From an uncultured Acidimicrobiia bacterium (GTDB lineage Bacteria; Actinomycetota; Acidimicrobiia; Spongiisociales; UBA11373), in assembly GCA_963796115.1 (NCBI GenBank), contig CAWCKE010000006.1, forward strand, positions 24,409 through 88,408: 64,000 bases of DNA, in the 5' to 3' direction. Numbering within the stretch: position 1 is the first letter of the stretch; each line of letters begins with the position of its first letter. Shown here one piece after another: positions 46,389 through 58,265 of this stretch. Under the pieces are notes generated by a model, which did not search any database, was not told the DNA's origin, and was given only the letters and a program-made list of their open reading frames with translations. The translations under genes and the position numbers were made by a program.

Positions 46389-47629
46389 GGAACTTGTAGC
46401 GGTCGGGGACCGGGTCGCCGCCTTCCCACACGACCCGGCGGAACTCGTCGGGGTCGGTGTTCCCCTCGGAGTTGATGAGCAGCACCTGGGAGTCGGGGCC
46501 CAGCCCGAGGACCTCGCGCAGCGGGGCGCACTCGGGGCGCTGCAAGGTGAACAGCAGGGCGCCGAGGGTGACCGCCCCCGACTCGCCGGAGACGATGAAG
46601 GGATCCCCGGCCAGGGGCACGCCGTACACCCGCATCCCCTTGGCCGCCACGTAGTCGGGGCAGCGGGCGAAGACATCGGCGCAGTCCCACAGGATGCGCC
46701 AGGCGATCGGATTGGGCTCGCCGCAGGCGAGGCCGGCCATGATGGTGTCCAGGGCGCCGGTGACGGCGTGGGGCTGCCCGTCCCCCGCCTCGGCCGAGGC
46801 GAACAGGCAGGCCGCCTTGGTCGGTTCGACCACCATCGTGCGGGGCCGGTCGGGGCCGAACACCGCGGCGTAGAAGCCGATGGTGGCCGCGGCCAACGAC
46901 CCCACCCCTGCCTGCACGAGGATGTGGGTGGGACGGATGATGCCCTGGGCGGCGAACTGCTCCTGGGCCTCCGAGAGCATGGTGGTGTAGCCCTGCATCA
47001 CCCACAGCGGGATGTCGGTGTACCCCTCCCACGAAGTGTCGGAGATCACCTGCCAGCCGTGCTGTTTCGCATCCTCGTTCACCTGCCGCACCGCGTCGTC
47101 GTAGGTGCCGTCCACCACCACCACCCGGGCCCCGTTCTTGGTGATGGCCTCGATGCGGGCCTGCGAGGTGAGCTTGTGCACGTAGATGACCGAGCGGAAG
47201 CCCAGTTGGGTGGCCGACCAGGCGACGCCCCGGCCGTGGTTGCCGTCGGTGGCGGCGGCGAAGGTGATCTCTCCGAGCCGGGGCCGCACCGCCTCGGCGG
47301 TCAGCTCGGCGAGCGCGAGCTGCCGGCCCTCCACCCCCAGCCGGGAGGTGAGGTGGCGGTAGATGGCGAAGGACCCGCCCAGCACCTTGAACGAGCTGAG
47401 GCTGAGGCGGGCCGATTCGTCCTTCACCCAGATGCCGCCCGAGGCCGGTCATGGCGGCGAGGCGTGGAAGGTTCTTCAGCGGGCTGATTCGGTAGCCCGG
47501 CAACTGGCAGTGGAAGGCGCGCGCCAGGCGGAACGTGCCCGGCGGGAACAGCTCGGCGACCGCGGCGCTATGGCCTATCGATCGGGCGCGCTCGTTGAGC
47601 AGCCAATCGACCGGCTTCTCTTCCGGCAT
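46381..47629 (-). pseudogene. dpaL: diaminopropionate ammonia-lyase (PLP, tryptophan-synthase-beta fold); one extra base near 47434-47443
   Basis: The N-terminus MPEEKPVDWLLNERA...FHCQLPGYRISPLKNLPRLAAMTGLG is in the ORF 45965..47629 frame. It continues as GIWVKDESARLSLSSFKVLGGSFAI...ATDGNHGRGVAW in ORF 46381..47427. Length 1249 = 1 mod 3. Confidence 0.8.
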
Positions 47630-47633
47630 CGGC

Positions 47634-48945
<1,312 letters not shown>

Positions 48946-49031
48946 GGGCGGCTCCTTAGGGTCGAGCGGTTCCGGCCCAGGGTACTCCACGGGGCCGGGG
49001 CCGATTCCGGGCGGCGGCGATCCGCGCCGCC

Positions 49032-51257
49032 TCACAGGCCGACGATGTCCTCGGGGCGCACCGGCACCCGGGTGAGCGGGCGCCCGGTGGCGGCGCGGAT
49101 GGCCGCCACCACCGCCGGCGTGGCCGAGATGGTGGGGAGCTCCGCCATGCCTTTGGCGCCGAACGGGCCCCCCGGCTCGGGTTCCTCGATGAGGACCGCC
49201 TCCACCTCCGGGGCATCGAGGATGGTGGGGATCAGGTAGTCGGTGAAGGAGGCGTTGCGCACCACTCCCTCCTGCAGCACCAGCTCCTCCATGACGGCCA
49301 GCCCAACTCCCTGCAGGATGCCGCCCTCGATCTGGCCGAGCACGGCCCGGGGGTTGAGAGCCCGCCCCACGTCCTGGGCGGTGTCCACCCGCACCACCCG
49401 GACCAGGCCGAGCTCCGGGTCCACGTCCACCACCGCCCGGTGGGCGGCGACGCAGAAGCCGGCGTGCACGTTGCCCCGCCCGGCGGCGTCCGGCTTCTCG
49501 GTGGGGGCGTGGCGGTAGCGGGCGAGGTGGGTGATGGGCCCCTCGGCCAGCAGCTCGTCGAGGGTGGCCACCAGCTCGCTGCCGCGCCAGGCGCCGGCGT
49601 CGTCGAGGCGGTCGCCCCCGGCCCGGCGCAGGGCCTCGGCGCGCACCGCGGCAGCGGCCTCCAGGGCGGCCCCGCCGGCCATCTGGGTCTGCCGGGAGGC
49701 AGAGGTCGAGCCGGCCGAGCCGATCTGGCCGGTGTGGTCGAAGAAGACCTGCACCCGGCTGAGCCCGGCGGCACTGCGGGCGATCTGCTGGAGCACCGTC
49801 ACCATGCCCTGGCCGACCTCGGCGGCGGCGGTGTGTATCTCCAGGCCCTCCGGGGTGAGCACCGCCCGGGCCTCGGCGTAGTCGTCGAAGGCCTCCGAGA
49901 AGAAGATGTTCTTGATGCCGACGGCGAAGCCGATTCCGCGGCGCACGGCCGACCGGGGAGTGGTGAGCCCGAGACCGCCGGGCAGGTGGAGCGGGTCGTC
50001 GTCGGGGGTTTCGTCGGGGAGGGGAAGGGCGGCCACCGAGCGGATGACCTCGGCGGTGGGCAGGCTGCCGGTGATCTCCTGGTCGCTGGTGGGCAGGCGG
50101 TCTCCGTGGCCGAGGGCGTTGCGCAGGCGCAGGGCGACCGGGTCCATGCCCAGGGCGGCGGCGAGCCGGTCCATCTGCGCCTCGTAGGCGAAGCACACCT
50201 GATTGGCCCCGAAGCCGCGCATCGCCCCGGCCGGCGGGTGGTTGGTGCGAGCCGCGATGCCGGTGACGTGCACCGACGGGCAGCGGTAGGGGCCGACCGC
50301 GAAGTAGGCCGAGTTGGCCAGCACGGCCGCGCTGGTCTCGGCGTAGGCGCCGCCGTCGAGGATCACCCTGGCCTCCACCCGGACCAGGTTCCCCTCCGCG
50401 TCGGCCTCGTGGCGGTACCACAGGCGGGCCGGATGGCGGTGGACGTGGCCGGCGAAGGACTCGGCCCGGTCGTAGACCATCTTCACCGGACGGCCGGTGT
50501 GCAGGGCGAGCAGGCACAGGTGGATCTGCAGGGTCAGGTCCTCACGTGCCCCGAAGGCCCCGCCGATGCCCGCCAGGTGCAGGCGCACCTGCTCGGGGCG
50601 CAGCCCCAGGCAGGCGACGACCTGGCGGTGGTCCACGTGCATCCATTGGGTGGAGACGTACAGGTCCACCCCTCCCTCGCCGTCGGGCACGGCCAGGCCC
50701 GACTCGGTGCCCAGCATCGCCTGGTCCTGCATGCCCGTCTCGTAGTAGCCCTCGACGACCACCTCGCCGCGCCGCGCCTGGTCGCCGTTGACCACCTCGA
50801 TGGTGCGAAAGGTCTCGCCGCGCCTCGCCGCCTCCTCCGGATCGGTGGAGGGCTCGAGCGGCTCGTAGGAGACGACGACCGCCGCCGCCGCCCGCCGGGC
50901 GGTCTCCCGGTCGTCGGCGGCGACTATGCACACCGCCTCGCCCCAGAAGGCGACCTCGCTCGAGGCCAGCACCGGCTGGTCGGTGCGTTCCTGCCCGAAG
51001 CGGGGGTTGCCGGGCACGTCGCCGGCGGTGAGCACGGCATGCACCCCGCTGATGGCGAGGGCCGGGGCGATGTCGATCGAGACGATCCGCGCCCGGGCGT
51101 GGGGGCTGCGCACGGTGGCGCCCCAGAGCTGGCGGTCGGCCTGCAGGTCCGAGGAGAAGGCGAACTCCCCGCGGAGCTTGGGGATGCCGTCGGGGCGGGT
51201 CGGCGAGGCGCCCACGCCGCCTTCCACCCGGATGGGGGTGTCGAGGCGGGTGCTCAC
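49032..51257 (-). CDS. xanthine dehydrogenase family molybdopterin-binding large subunit
   Basis: GTG 51257 overlaps the small-subunit stop (GTGA). 741 aa with GAFGAREDL, MRGFGANQ, GQGMVTVLQQI and GPFGAKGMAELP motifs. Uninterrupted. Confidence 0.9.
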   Translation of the reverse strand: MSTRLDTPIRVEGGVGASPTRPDGIPKLRGEFAFSSDLQADRQLWGATVRSPHARARIVSIDIAPALAISGVHAVLTAGDVPGNPRFGQERTDQPVLASSEVAFWGEAVCIVAADDRETARRAAAAVVVSYEPLEPSTDPEEAARRGETFRTIEVVNGDQARRGEVVVEGYYETGMQDQAMLGTESGLAVPDGEGGVDLYVSTQWMHVDHRQVVACLGLRPEQVRLHLAGIGGAFGAREDLTLQIHLCLLALHTGRPVKMVYDRAESFAGHVHRHPARLWYRHEADAEGNLVRVEARVILDGGAYAETSAAVLANSAYFAVGPYRCPSVHVTGIAARTNHPPAGAMRGFGANQVCFAYEAQMDRLAAALGMDPVALRLRNALGHGDRLPTSDQEITGSLPTAEVIRSVAALPLPDETPDDDPLHLPGGLGLTTPRSAVRRGIGFAVGIKNIFFSEAFDDYAEARAVLTPEGLEIHTAAAEVGQGMVTVLQQIARSAAGLSRVQVFFDHTGQIGSAGSTSASRQTQMAGGAALEAAAAVRAEALRRAGGDRLDDAGAWRGSELVATLDELLAEGPITHLARYRHAPTEKPDAAGRGNVHAGFCVAAHRAVVDVDPELGLVRVVRVDTAQDVGRALNPRAVLGQIEGGILQGVGLAVMEELVLQEGVVRNASFTDYLIPTILDAPEVEAVLIEEPEPGGPFGAKGMAELPTISATPAVVAAIRAATGRPLTRVPVRPEDIVGL

Positions 51258-51718
51258 GACGCCTCCCCGGCCGGGCCGGCGAGCGCCCGCACGATGGCGC
51301 CGTAGCCCGTGCAGCGGCACAGGTTGCCGGCCAGCGCCTCGCGCACCTCGTCGGGGGTGGGATGGGGGTTGACCGAGAGCAGGTGGGCGGCGCTCATCAC
51401 CACGCCGGGCGTGCAGAACCCGCACTGCACCGCCCCGGCATCGAGCAGGGCCTGCTGCACCGGGTGCAGGGCGCCGCCGGGGCCGGCCAGGCCTTCGACG
51501 GTGACCACGTCGGCGCCGTCGGCGTCGGCCGCCATCACCAGGCAGGAGCAGACCGGCTCCCCGTCGAGGAGCACGGTGCACGAGCCGCATTCCCCCTGCT
51601 CGCAGGCGTTCTTCGACCCGGGGAGGCCCAGGCGCTCCCGCAGGGCGTGGAGCAGGCTCTCCGGGCCGTCCACCTCGACCGATTGCCGGGTGCCGTTGAC
51701 GGTGAGGCGGATGATCAT
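51254..51718 (-). CDS. xanthine dehydrogenase family [2Fe-2S] small subunit
   Basis: CEQGECGSCTV (plant-type cluster) and QCGFCTPG...CRCTGY (second cluster). ATGA overlap with the FAD subunit stop. Confidence 0.9.
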   Translation of the reverse strand: MIIRLTVNGTRQSVEVDGPESLLHALRERLGLPGSKNACEQGECGSCTVLLDGEPVCSCLVMAADADGADVVTVEGLAGPGGALHPVQQALLDAGAVQCGFCTPGVVMSAAHLLSVNPHPTPDEVREALAGNLCRCTGYGAIVRALAGPAGEAS

Positions 51719-52518
51719 GCCAGGCACCTCTCCAGGAGGCGCCGGGCCAGCACCCCGGCGGCGTGACGGCGATAGGCCTCGGTCGAACGGTGGTCGGTGA
51801 TCGGCCGCACCTCCTCGGACACCAGGCGCCCGAACTCGGCCACGGCCGCCGGTGAGGGCCGCCGCTCGGCCGAGATCATCTCCTCGGCGCGCCGGGCCCG
51901 CAGGGGGGTGGGCCCCACCGAGCCGAGGGCCAGGCGGGTGGTGCCGTCCTCCTCCCGCAGCAGGCAGGCGGAGGCGACGGCGATCACCATGGCATTGCGG
52001 GCCCCGACCTTGGCGAAGCCCTGCATCCGGGGCAGGGGCCCGGGCAGCCGGGCGCCCAGGATCAACTCGCCGGGGCGGAGGCCATTGCGCTTGGGCCCAA
52101 CCAGGAACTCGTCCCAGCGGAGGCGGCGTACCCCGCCCGCCCGGGAGGCCACTTCGACCACCGCGTCGGCGGCGGCCAGGAAGGGGAGCCCGTCGCCGGC
52201 CGGGCTGGCCGTCCCCAGGTTGCCGCCCAGGGTGCCGGCATGGCGTATCTGCGGGGAGCCGACGGTGCGGGCCGCCTGGGCCAGGGCCGGCCAGGGGGCC
52301 TGCTCGAGCCGGGACCAGGTGCACCCGGCCCCGATGAAGCTCCCGTCGATCTCCCACAACTCGGGGACCCGGCGCACGGCCACCACCGCCTCGGGGCGGA
52401 GGCCGAAGTAGTTGACCGCCACCATGAGGTCGGTGCCCCCGGCGAGGATCGTCGCCCCAGGATGGGCGGCGAGCGTGTCCAGGGCCTCGTCGAGGCTGGT
52501 GGGGTGGAAGACCTCCAT
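51715..52518 (-). CDS. xanthine dehydrogenase family FAD-binding subunit
   Basis: ILAGGTDLMV, IRHAGTLGGNLGTASPAGD, and a C-terminal CO-dehydrogenase flavoprotein domain (ITDHRSTEAYRRH). Confidence 0.9.
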   Translation of the reverse strand: MEVFHPTSLDEALDTLAAHPGATILAGGTDLMVAVNYFGLRPEAVVAVRRVPELWEIDGSFIGAGCTWSRLEQAPWPALAQAARTVGSPQIRHAGTLGGNLGTASPAGDGLPFLAAADAVVEVASRAGGVRRLRWDEFLVGPKRNGLRPGELILGARLPGPLPRMQGFAKVGARNAMVIAVASACLLREEDGTTRLALGSVGPTPLRARRAEEMISAERRPSPAAVAEFGRLVSEEVRPITDHRSTEAYRRHAAGVLARRLLERCLA

Positions 52519-52568
52519 TAACCGGACAAGCTACCGCACCGGCGGTGCTGGAGTGGGCCCCGGGTCCC

Positions 52569-53348
52569 TCAGTCCTCCCGCCCGAGCAGCGCCCGCAGGG
52601 CCTCCATCGCCCAGGCGCGATGGGGGGATGGGTCCCCATCCGGATGGAGGCCGGCGACTGGCTTCTGCCGGGGGGCGGGATCGGGGGGCAGGACTGCCGG
52701 CTCCTCTGGGTGCTCTCCGGCCGGCTCGACCCCCGACGCCGCCCAGAAGTGGTCCGGCCCGGCCGGCACCGACGGCGAATCCTCCGGCGGGGCGGCGGCC
52801 GCACGCGAAGGGAGGGGCTCGTCCAGGAGGGAGATGGTGGTGTGCGCTCCGATGGGGGGTGAAGGGGCGACGGCGGTGGCTGCGAGGTCCGCGGTCTGGT
52901 GCACGGGCTCGCGGTCGGCCGGAGTGGGCGGAGGGGGCGGCGGAGCAGGCTCGCCGGCCGGGCCCTCCGGGGCGGGAACCGCCGGTGCCGCTCCCAGCGC
53001 CCTCCCTGCCCCGGGCGGGGCGCCCTCCCCGCCGGGCAGGGCGAAGGAGCGGGCGTCGTCGTGGAAGAGTGCCCAGGAGGCCATGGGGCTCCCCTCGGCA
53101 TCCACCCACAGGAGAGAGCCCAGGTTCAGGGGGGACAGCAGCAGCGCCGGAGGGATGCCCAGGCTCAGCCCCAGGGCGATCAGCTCGTCCACCCCGATCC
53201 GGCCCTCGCCTGCTTCGATGTGCAGCAGGGCCGATTCGGTCAGGGGCAGGCCGACCCCGGTCACCCGGTGGGCGAGCTCGTGCGTAGACACGCCCGCTTT
53301 GATGCGAGCGCGCCGCACATTCTCACCGACCAGTTCATCGATGTTCAA
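52569..53348 (-). CDS. XRE-family helix-turn-helix protein with long Pro/Ala-rich C-terminal region
   Basis: The N-terminus LVGENVRRARIKAGVSTHELAHRVTGVGLPLTESALLHIEAGEGRIGVDELIALGLSLG is the HTH_XRE pattern. The remaining ~170 aa are low-complexity and proline-rich. Confidence 0.7.
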   Translation of the reverse strand: MNIDELVGENVRRARIKAGVSTHELAHRVTGVGLPLTESALLHIEAGEGRIGVDELIALGLSLGIPPALLLSPLNLGSLLWVDAEGSPMASWALFHDDARSFALPGGEGAPPGAGRALGAAPAVPAPEGPAGEPAPPPPPPTPADREPVHQTADLAATAVAPSPPIGAHTTISLLDEPLPSRAAAAPPEDSPSVPAGPDHFWAASGVEPAGEHPEEPAVLPPDPAPRQKPVAGLHPDGDPSPHRAWAMEALRALLGRED

Positions 53349-53435
53349 GGGAGCGGATCACCTGTGTGGCTATGTATCGCCACGCGGGGCCTCACTCTTG
53401 AATGGCCCCGGCCGTAGCGGGCGCATTCGGCCTGC

Positions 53436-54809
53436 TCAGCCGTCCCCCACCAGGCGCCGCGCCGCCCGGTTGTGATGCTCGATCAGCTCGTGCTCACGGT
53501 GCAGGCAGGTGCAGCGGCCCTCCCAGATGACCGCCCTGCCGTGCACGAAGAGGTGGTGGGCCGGTGCCGGGGCGCACAGCACCGCCGCGGCCACCGGGTC
53601 GTGGAGGGCCCCGGCGAACTCGAGGCGGTTGAGGTCGAGTGTGAAGAAGTCGGCGCACTTCCCCGGCTCGAGCGAGCCGATGTCGCTGCGCCCCAGCACC
53701 CGGGCGCCGCCCAGGGTGGCCAGCTCGAGGGCGGTGCGGGCGGCCATCTGCGGCCCGGGGGTCAGGAGGGGCGCCGCCGCCAGGCGGGCGAGCAGCATGG
53801 CCTGGCGGGCCTCCCCGAGCAGGTGGCTGCCGTCGTTGGAGGCCGACCCATCCACTCCCAGGCCCAGGGGCACCCCGGCCGCCAGGTAGCCGGCGACGGG
53901 GGCGATGCCCGAGGCGAGGCGCATGTTCGACGTGGGGCAGTGCGCCACCCCGGTGCCGGCGGCGGCCAGGCGGCCGATCTCGTGGTCGTCTACGAAGACC
54001 CCGTGGGCAAACCAGACGTCGGGGCCGGCCCAGCCCAGGTCCTCGGCGTATTGGACGGGACGGGCGCCGAAGGTCTCCAGGCAGAAGCGCTCCTCGTCCA
54101 TGGTCTCGGCGAGGTGGGTGTGGAGCCGCACCCCCTTGTCCCGGGCCAGTTCGGCCGAGGCCCGCATCAGGTCGGGGCTCACCGAGAAGGGGGAACAGGG
54201 GGCGACGACCACCTGGGTCATCGACCCGGGGGAGGGGTCGTGGTAGGCGTCGATGGCCTGCAGGCAGGCCTCGAGGATGGCGTCTTCCTCCTCCACCACC
54301 GAGTCGGGCGGCAGGCCGCCCCGGCTCTGCCCCAGGCTCATCGAGCCGCGTGAGGCGTGGAAGCGCAGGCCCACCTCGTGGGCGGCGGCGACCTGGTCGC
54401 CCACCGAGGAGCCGTTGGGCCACAGGTACTGGTGATCGAAGCAGGTGGTGCAGCCGCTGTGGGCCAGCTCCAGGAGGCCCGTGCGGGTGGCCAGCCCCAC
54501 GTCCTCGGGGGTGAGGCGCGCCCAGATGGGGTAGAGGCGCTGTAGCCACGGGAAGAGCCCGACGTCCTGGGCCCCGGGGACAGCCCGGGTCAGGGTCTGG
54601 TAGAGGTGGTGGTGGGCGTTGATGAGGCCGGGGAGCAGCAGCTGGCCGGAGGCGTCGAGGACCTGGTCGGCCTCAACCGGCAGGTCGGAGGTGGGGCCGA
54701 CCTGCTCGATGAAGCCATCGCGGGCGAACAGGCCGCCCCCGGGGATCTCCCGCCGGGCGGCATCCATGGTCACCAGGATGTGGGCGTTGCGGACGAGGAG
54801 CGTGGCCAT
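53436..54809 (-). CDS. amidohydrolase-superfamily deaminase, 8-oxoguanine/guanine deaminase-like
   Basis: LLVRNAHILVTMD...LLLPGLINAHHHLYQTLTRAVPGAQDVGLFPWLQRLYPIW...VRLHTHLAE...GLGVDGSASND. Confidence 0.8.
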   Translation of the reverse strand: MATLLVRNAHILVTMDAARREIPGGGLFARDGFIEQVGPTSDLPVEADQVLDASGQLLLPGLINAHHHLYQTLTRAVPGAQDVGLFPWLQRLYPIWARLTPEDVGLATRTGLLELAHSGCTTCFDHQYLWPNGSSVGDQVAAAHEVGLRFHASRGSMSLGQSRGGLPPDSVVEEEDAILEACLQAIDAYHDPSPGSMTQVVVAPCSPFSVSPDLMRASAELARDKGVRLHTHLAETMDEERFCLETFGARPVQYAEDLGWAGPDVWFAHGVFVDDHEIGRLAAAGTGVAHCPTSNMRLASGIAPVAGYLAAGVPLGLGVDGSASNDGSHLLGEARQAMLLARLAAAPLLTPGPQMAARTALELATLGGARVLGRSDIGSLEPGKCADFFTLDLNRLEFAGALHDPVAAAVLCAPAPAHHLFVHGRAVIWEGRCTCLHREHELIEHHNRAARRLVGDG

Positions 54810-54929
54810 GGGGGAAGGGTAGGACGCGGGGGACTCGGCGTGCTCCTCCCGAGGCGCCGCCGACTCAGGTCGAGGTTGCAGGTTCTGCCTTCAGAAGTGT
54901 GGCCATCGGACTGGCGGGCCGGCCGCCAC

Positions 54930-56066
54930 CTATTCGCGTCGGGGGTAGGGCAGGTGGTGGTGGGCGGCCCGATGATGCCTGCGGCACAGGAGCTGCAGGT
55001 TGGCCAGACTCGTCGAGCCGCCGTCGGCCCAGTGCCTGAGGTGATGGGCATCACACCAGCGGACCGGCACCTCGCATCCCGGATGAGCACACCGCTGATC
55101 TCGCAGTTCCAGGGCTCGGCGCAGCGCCGGAGGCACCACCCGATGGGCTCGTCCCATCTCCACCGGCACCGAGTGACCGTCAAGGATGACCCGGGATACC
55201 GAGGCGTCACAGGCCAGGCGACGCACGGCTTCGGCGCTGATGGGCCCGGTCTCGGTGTCGACTACCCCCGAACCCTTCTGCAGGGCGCTCCAGGGGATGG
55301 TGACGGTGATCTGAGGACGGGGCCTTGAGTCTCCGTGACCGCCCTGCTGATACCGCCGGCAGACCTCCACCAGAGCATCCGCCCGGCACTGAGCGGGAGT
55401 GCGAGGGTCATCGGGGTCGAGCGCGTTCCCTTCGGAGAGGGAGCGTATGGCGGCAAGCACGATGGCGCCGCCCTCGGGGTCCAGGTCCCCGTTCAGATGA
55501 ACCATCCCCGACCAGGCCGGAGAGATGTGCAGAGCCCGGAGAGCATGCAGCCGCTCCGTATCGGCCACCGCACCTTGAGGATCAGTGGTGCGTCTCCATT
55601 CGGCCAGCACCTGAGGCAGACGCTGGGACGAGACGGAGGCTGCCTGAGCCACCAGTTGGGCCTCGTCCTTCGAGAACTGCTCGGGGGCAAGCTGCTTGAC
55701 CTGGGTGAGCAGCCTCACGCGAGACTCCGGCAACGCCCCGGCGGCGAACGCTGCCTTCGTCTCCGGCATTGCCCGCAGGGAGGCGGCCAGGGCCACCCGA
55801 CTGCGGCAGACGGCTGCCGGATCGCCCGACACCGCCATCAGCCAAGCCGTGGTAGATCCGAAACCCTCCCGGCGGGCCAGGTCGCGCCGCTCTGCTTCGG
55901 CGATCAGATCTGCCCGGCGGGCGTCCCCCTGCGCCGTCAGATGTTGCCAGCGGCGCAGGTCCTCCTCCAACCCCGCATCAGACAGACCCCCCACTGGGGC
56001 CAGCCAGGCCGCCGGCACGCCGGGCGGCTCCACTGAAGACACGATCTCGACACCCATACCCGCCAT
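54930..56066 (-). CDS. DUF222 domain plus HNH endonuclease (REP13E12-like family)
   Basis: The central helical DUF222 region carries AAFAAGALPESRVRLL. C-terminal HNH: RCAHPGCEVPVRWCDAHHLRHWADGGSTSLANLQLLCRRHHRAAH. Confidence 0.85.
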   Translation of the reverse strand: MAGMGVEIVSSVEPPGVPAAWLAPVGGLSDAGLEEDLRRWQHLTAQGDARRADLIAEAERRDLARREGFGSTTAWLMAVSGDPAAVCRSRVALAASLRAMPETKAAFAAGALPESRVRLLTQVKQLAPEQFSKDEAQLVAQAASVSSQRLPQVLAEWRRTTDPQGAVADTERLHALRALHISPAWSGMVHLNGDLDPEGGAIVLAAIRSLSEGNALDPDDPRTPAQCRADALVEVCRRYQQGGHGDSRPRPQITVTIPWSALQKGSGVVDTETGPISAEAVRRLACDASVSRVILDGHSVPVEMGRAHRVVPPALRRALELRDQRCAHPGCEVPVRWCDAHHLRHWADGGSTSLANLQLLCRRHHRAAHHHLPYPRRE

Positions 56067-56310
56067 GTACCACTAGGGGGTGACAGAACCCCTACCCGGA
56101 GCCTCCAGGGTCTGGCTTCCCTGACCGGAACATCGAGCGAAACACGTCATGATGCCTGGCCCGAGTCCGGGGCGCTGTGGAAGGGTCGGGGGCCGCGGGG
56201 TAGGCCGGCCCGGCCCGCGCGCTGGTGCCGGGCCCACAAAGGTGCGGGTGGGTTCGGGGGGGAAGCCCGACGGACGCGCGCCGTGCTTCGCCCCCCTCCC
56301 CCGCGTTGGT

Positions 56311-56655
56311 CTACATGAGCCCGAGTTCGGACCCGACGGCCGCCCACAGACCCATGGAGGTGACGGCACCCTCACCAGCAGGCATGATCTCGTGGCACAG
56401 GTCGGGAATGGCGAACCCGGCCTTCAGATACAGCCGCTGGTACTCCTCACTGCCCATCAGCTCGACCAGGCCGTCCCGCTCACCCTGCACGATGACCATG
56501 CCCCCGCCCGATCCCATAAAGGACAGCGGAGCCTCAACCGCACCGGCGGCTGCCTTGGTCCCGAAGAAACTGAGCGCCGCGCCGAACGCCTCGAACGCCA
56601 GCTTCTCACGGCCCGGGTGAGGGCGGCCATAGCGGATCACGATGGCTGCCTTCAT
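56311..56655 (-). CDS. hypothetical protein (114 aa)
   Basis: Balanced, non-Arg-rich composition: MKAAIVIRYGRPHPGREKLAFEAFGAALSFFG...MVIVQGERDGLVELMGSEEYQRLYLKAG. I recognise no family. Confidence 0.45.
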   Translation of the reverse strand: MKAAIVIRYGRPHPGREKLAFEAFGAALSFFGTKAAAGAVEAPLSFMGSGGGMVIVQGERDGLVELMGSEEYQRLYLKAGFAIPDLCHEIMPAGEGAVTSMGLWAAVGSELGLM

Positions 56656-57011
56656 CGGCAGAACACCCCCTCTCTTCGACAGGCCGCTGGATAGGGCCTT
56701 GTCTGCCGTGAAGTATGGACCCTGCTGAGCTGCTCTGCCGGGGCGACTGGCGGCCCGGGAGAGGAAGCGTGGAACGGGCCAGCGTTGGAGGGCGCTGGCG
56801 GCCTTCGCCGCGTCACGCTGCTGCGGCGGCGCGTATGCTTCGACGTGGTTCAGGTCCGGCCGGAGGCTCCCAGCGGGAGCCCATGCACCGGCGGTGCCTG
56901 ATCCCAGAAAGGGGGCTCGGCATGAGGCCGCTGCGTATCCGCCTCATGCCTCTTCTCGCCGTTGCCCGTTCACCGCACCGTTGACCGCGCAGGTCAGAAG
57001 GGACGTGCGTC

Positions 57012-57317
57012 ATGGCGATGTTCTTTGCACTGCACACACCCATAGGAGACCCGGCAGCCGGCTGGGAAGTCTTCGCCAAGGGGGCACCGGCACTGGCGGC
57101 CGCGATGGAAGCCGGAAAGATGCCGGCGAAAGCCCTCACCACCTGGAATCCCTTTGCCTACGGCCGAGGCGACTACGTGTTCTGCCTCTGGGAAGCGGCG
57201 AAACCCGAAGACGTGATGACCGTGCTTCGCGAAAGCGGCCTCAGCGACATTGTCACCACCGACCTCATGCAGGTCGACGCGATCGACTGGAAGGAGCTCG
57301 CCAAGGCGGCCCAGTAG
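57012..57317 (+). CDS. small alpha/beta protein resembling the DUF4242/DUF3303 families (101 aa)
   Basis: MAMFFALHTP...TWNPFAYGRGDYVFCLWEAAKPEDVMTVLRESGLSDIVTTDLMQV follows the pattern of those families. The assignment is tentative. Confidence 0.45.
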   Translation: MAMFFALHTPIGDPAAGWEVFAKGAPALAAAMEAGKMPAKALTTWNPFAYGRGDYVFCLWEAAKPEDVMTVLRESGLSDIVTTDLMQVDAIDWKELAKAAQ

Positions 57318-57503
57318 GACACCAGGCTCCCTCAGCACCCTGGCCACCGCCTTCCCATCAGGGCAACGTGGCGTCGGCAGTCCCTCAGCGCCCTGTCGCT
57401 ATCTTCCCGCGCTCGCGTTCAGGATCAGGGTGGCGGCGTAGCGATCAAGGGGCGCCGGCGGCCGGGTCGGGGCGACATCGCTGTCCCCCAGGCGGGTTGT
57501 CTG

Positions 57504-58265
57504 TCACCGGATGTGGCAGGTGATGGTGACCGAGGCGCAGCGCCCTTCACCTACCTCGACCACCTGCGGTTCACAGGCATGGCCACCCACCATGTCCGCT
57601 GCCAGCACATAGGTGCCCGGGGGCAGGTGAATGACGAACTCGCCGGTCGAGTCCACGGCGGATTCGGTGATCGGCTCAGCACCGAGCGGCCGCCCGACAG
57701 GAGGCGCTTCGCTGTCAGCGGTGTCGGGGTACACCCACACGATCCCAGCGGTCGGCTGGTCCAGACCCGGATGCCGCCCCCCGACCACCCAGAGGATGCC
57801 CTCGACGCGGGACGGCCCCTCGTCCCCGCCACAAGCGCTTGGCAGACCGGTCAGATCAAGTTCCGCCCCGAGAGCGCCGGTAAGCAGGTCGATGGCCGCT
57901 TCGTCGTCTCCCAGGTACATGATGATCACCCGGCCTCGGATCCAGTAGTGCGGCGACCCAATCCACTCCACCGGCGTGTGATTGACGCTCCACCCCTCCA
58001 TCAGGATGGTGGCCGCCTCCGCTTCCTGCTCCGCCACATCGGCGTACTCGTACACGAGACAGCGTCATGACCCGTCCGCCGTCAGCCGCTTCTGGGGCAC
58101 CGAGAACGGGAACCCAGGGGCTTGGCCGGCCTGCTCGACGGACGCACCTGTGCCGGCGAGAGCCTCCACAACCTTGTCGAACCCGAAGTCCGCTTCACCC
58201 AGATCGCCGCAGGCGCTTGCTGCTGCCAGAACCACCACCGCAGTGACAGCCGCCCACGCTCTCAT
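57504..58265 (-). pseudogene. putative lipoprotein interrupted by an in-frame TGA at 58065-58067
   Basis: ATG 58265 follows a GAGGGGAGG RBS. Lipobox LAAASAC. ORF 58065..58421 ends ...SVPQKRLTADGS*. Four codons later, in the same frame (58067-58055 = 12 nt), ORF 57504..58055 continues VYEYADVAEQEAEAATI...WIRGRVIIMYLGDDE, followed by a beta-sandwich-like C-terminus. Confidence 0.55.

Noticed and set aside
58065-58067. The TGA as a selenocysteine or programmed read-through codon.
   Set aside because: No selenoprotein-like context (no redox Cys/Sec motif) and no obvious SECIS-type hairpin immediately downstream. The gene sits in a decaying low-GC island.
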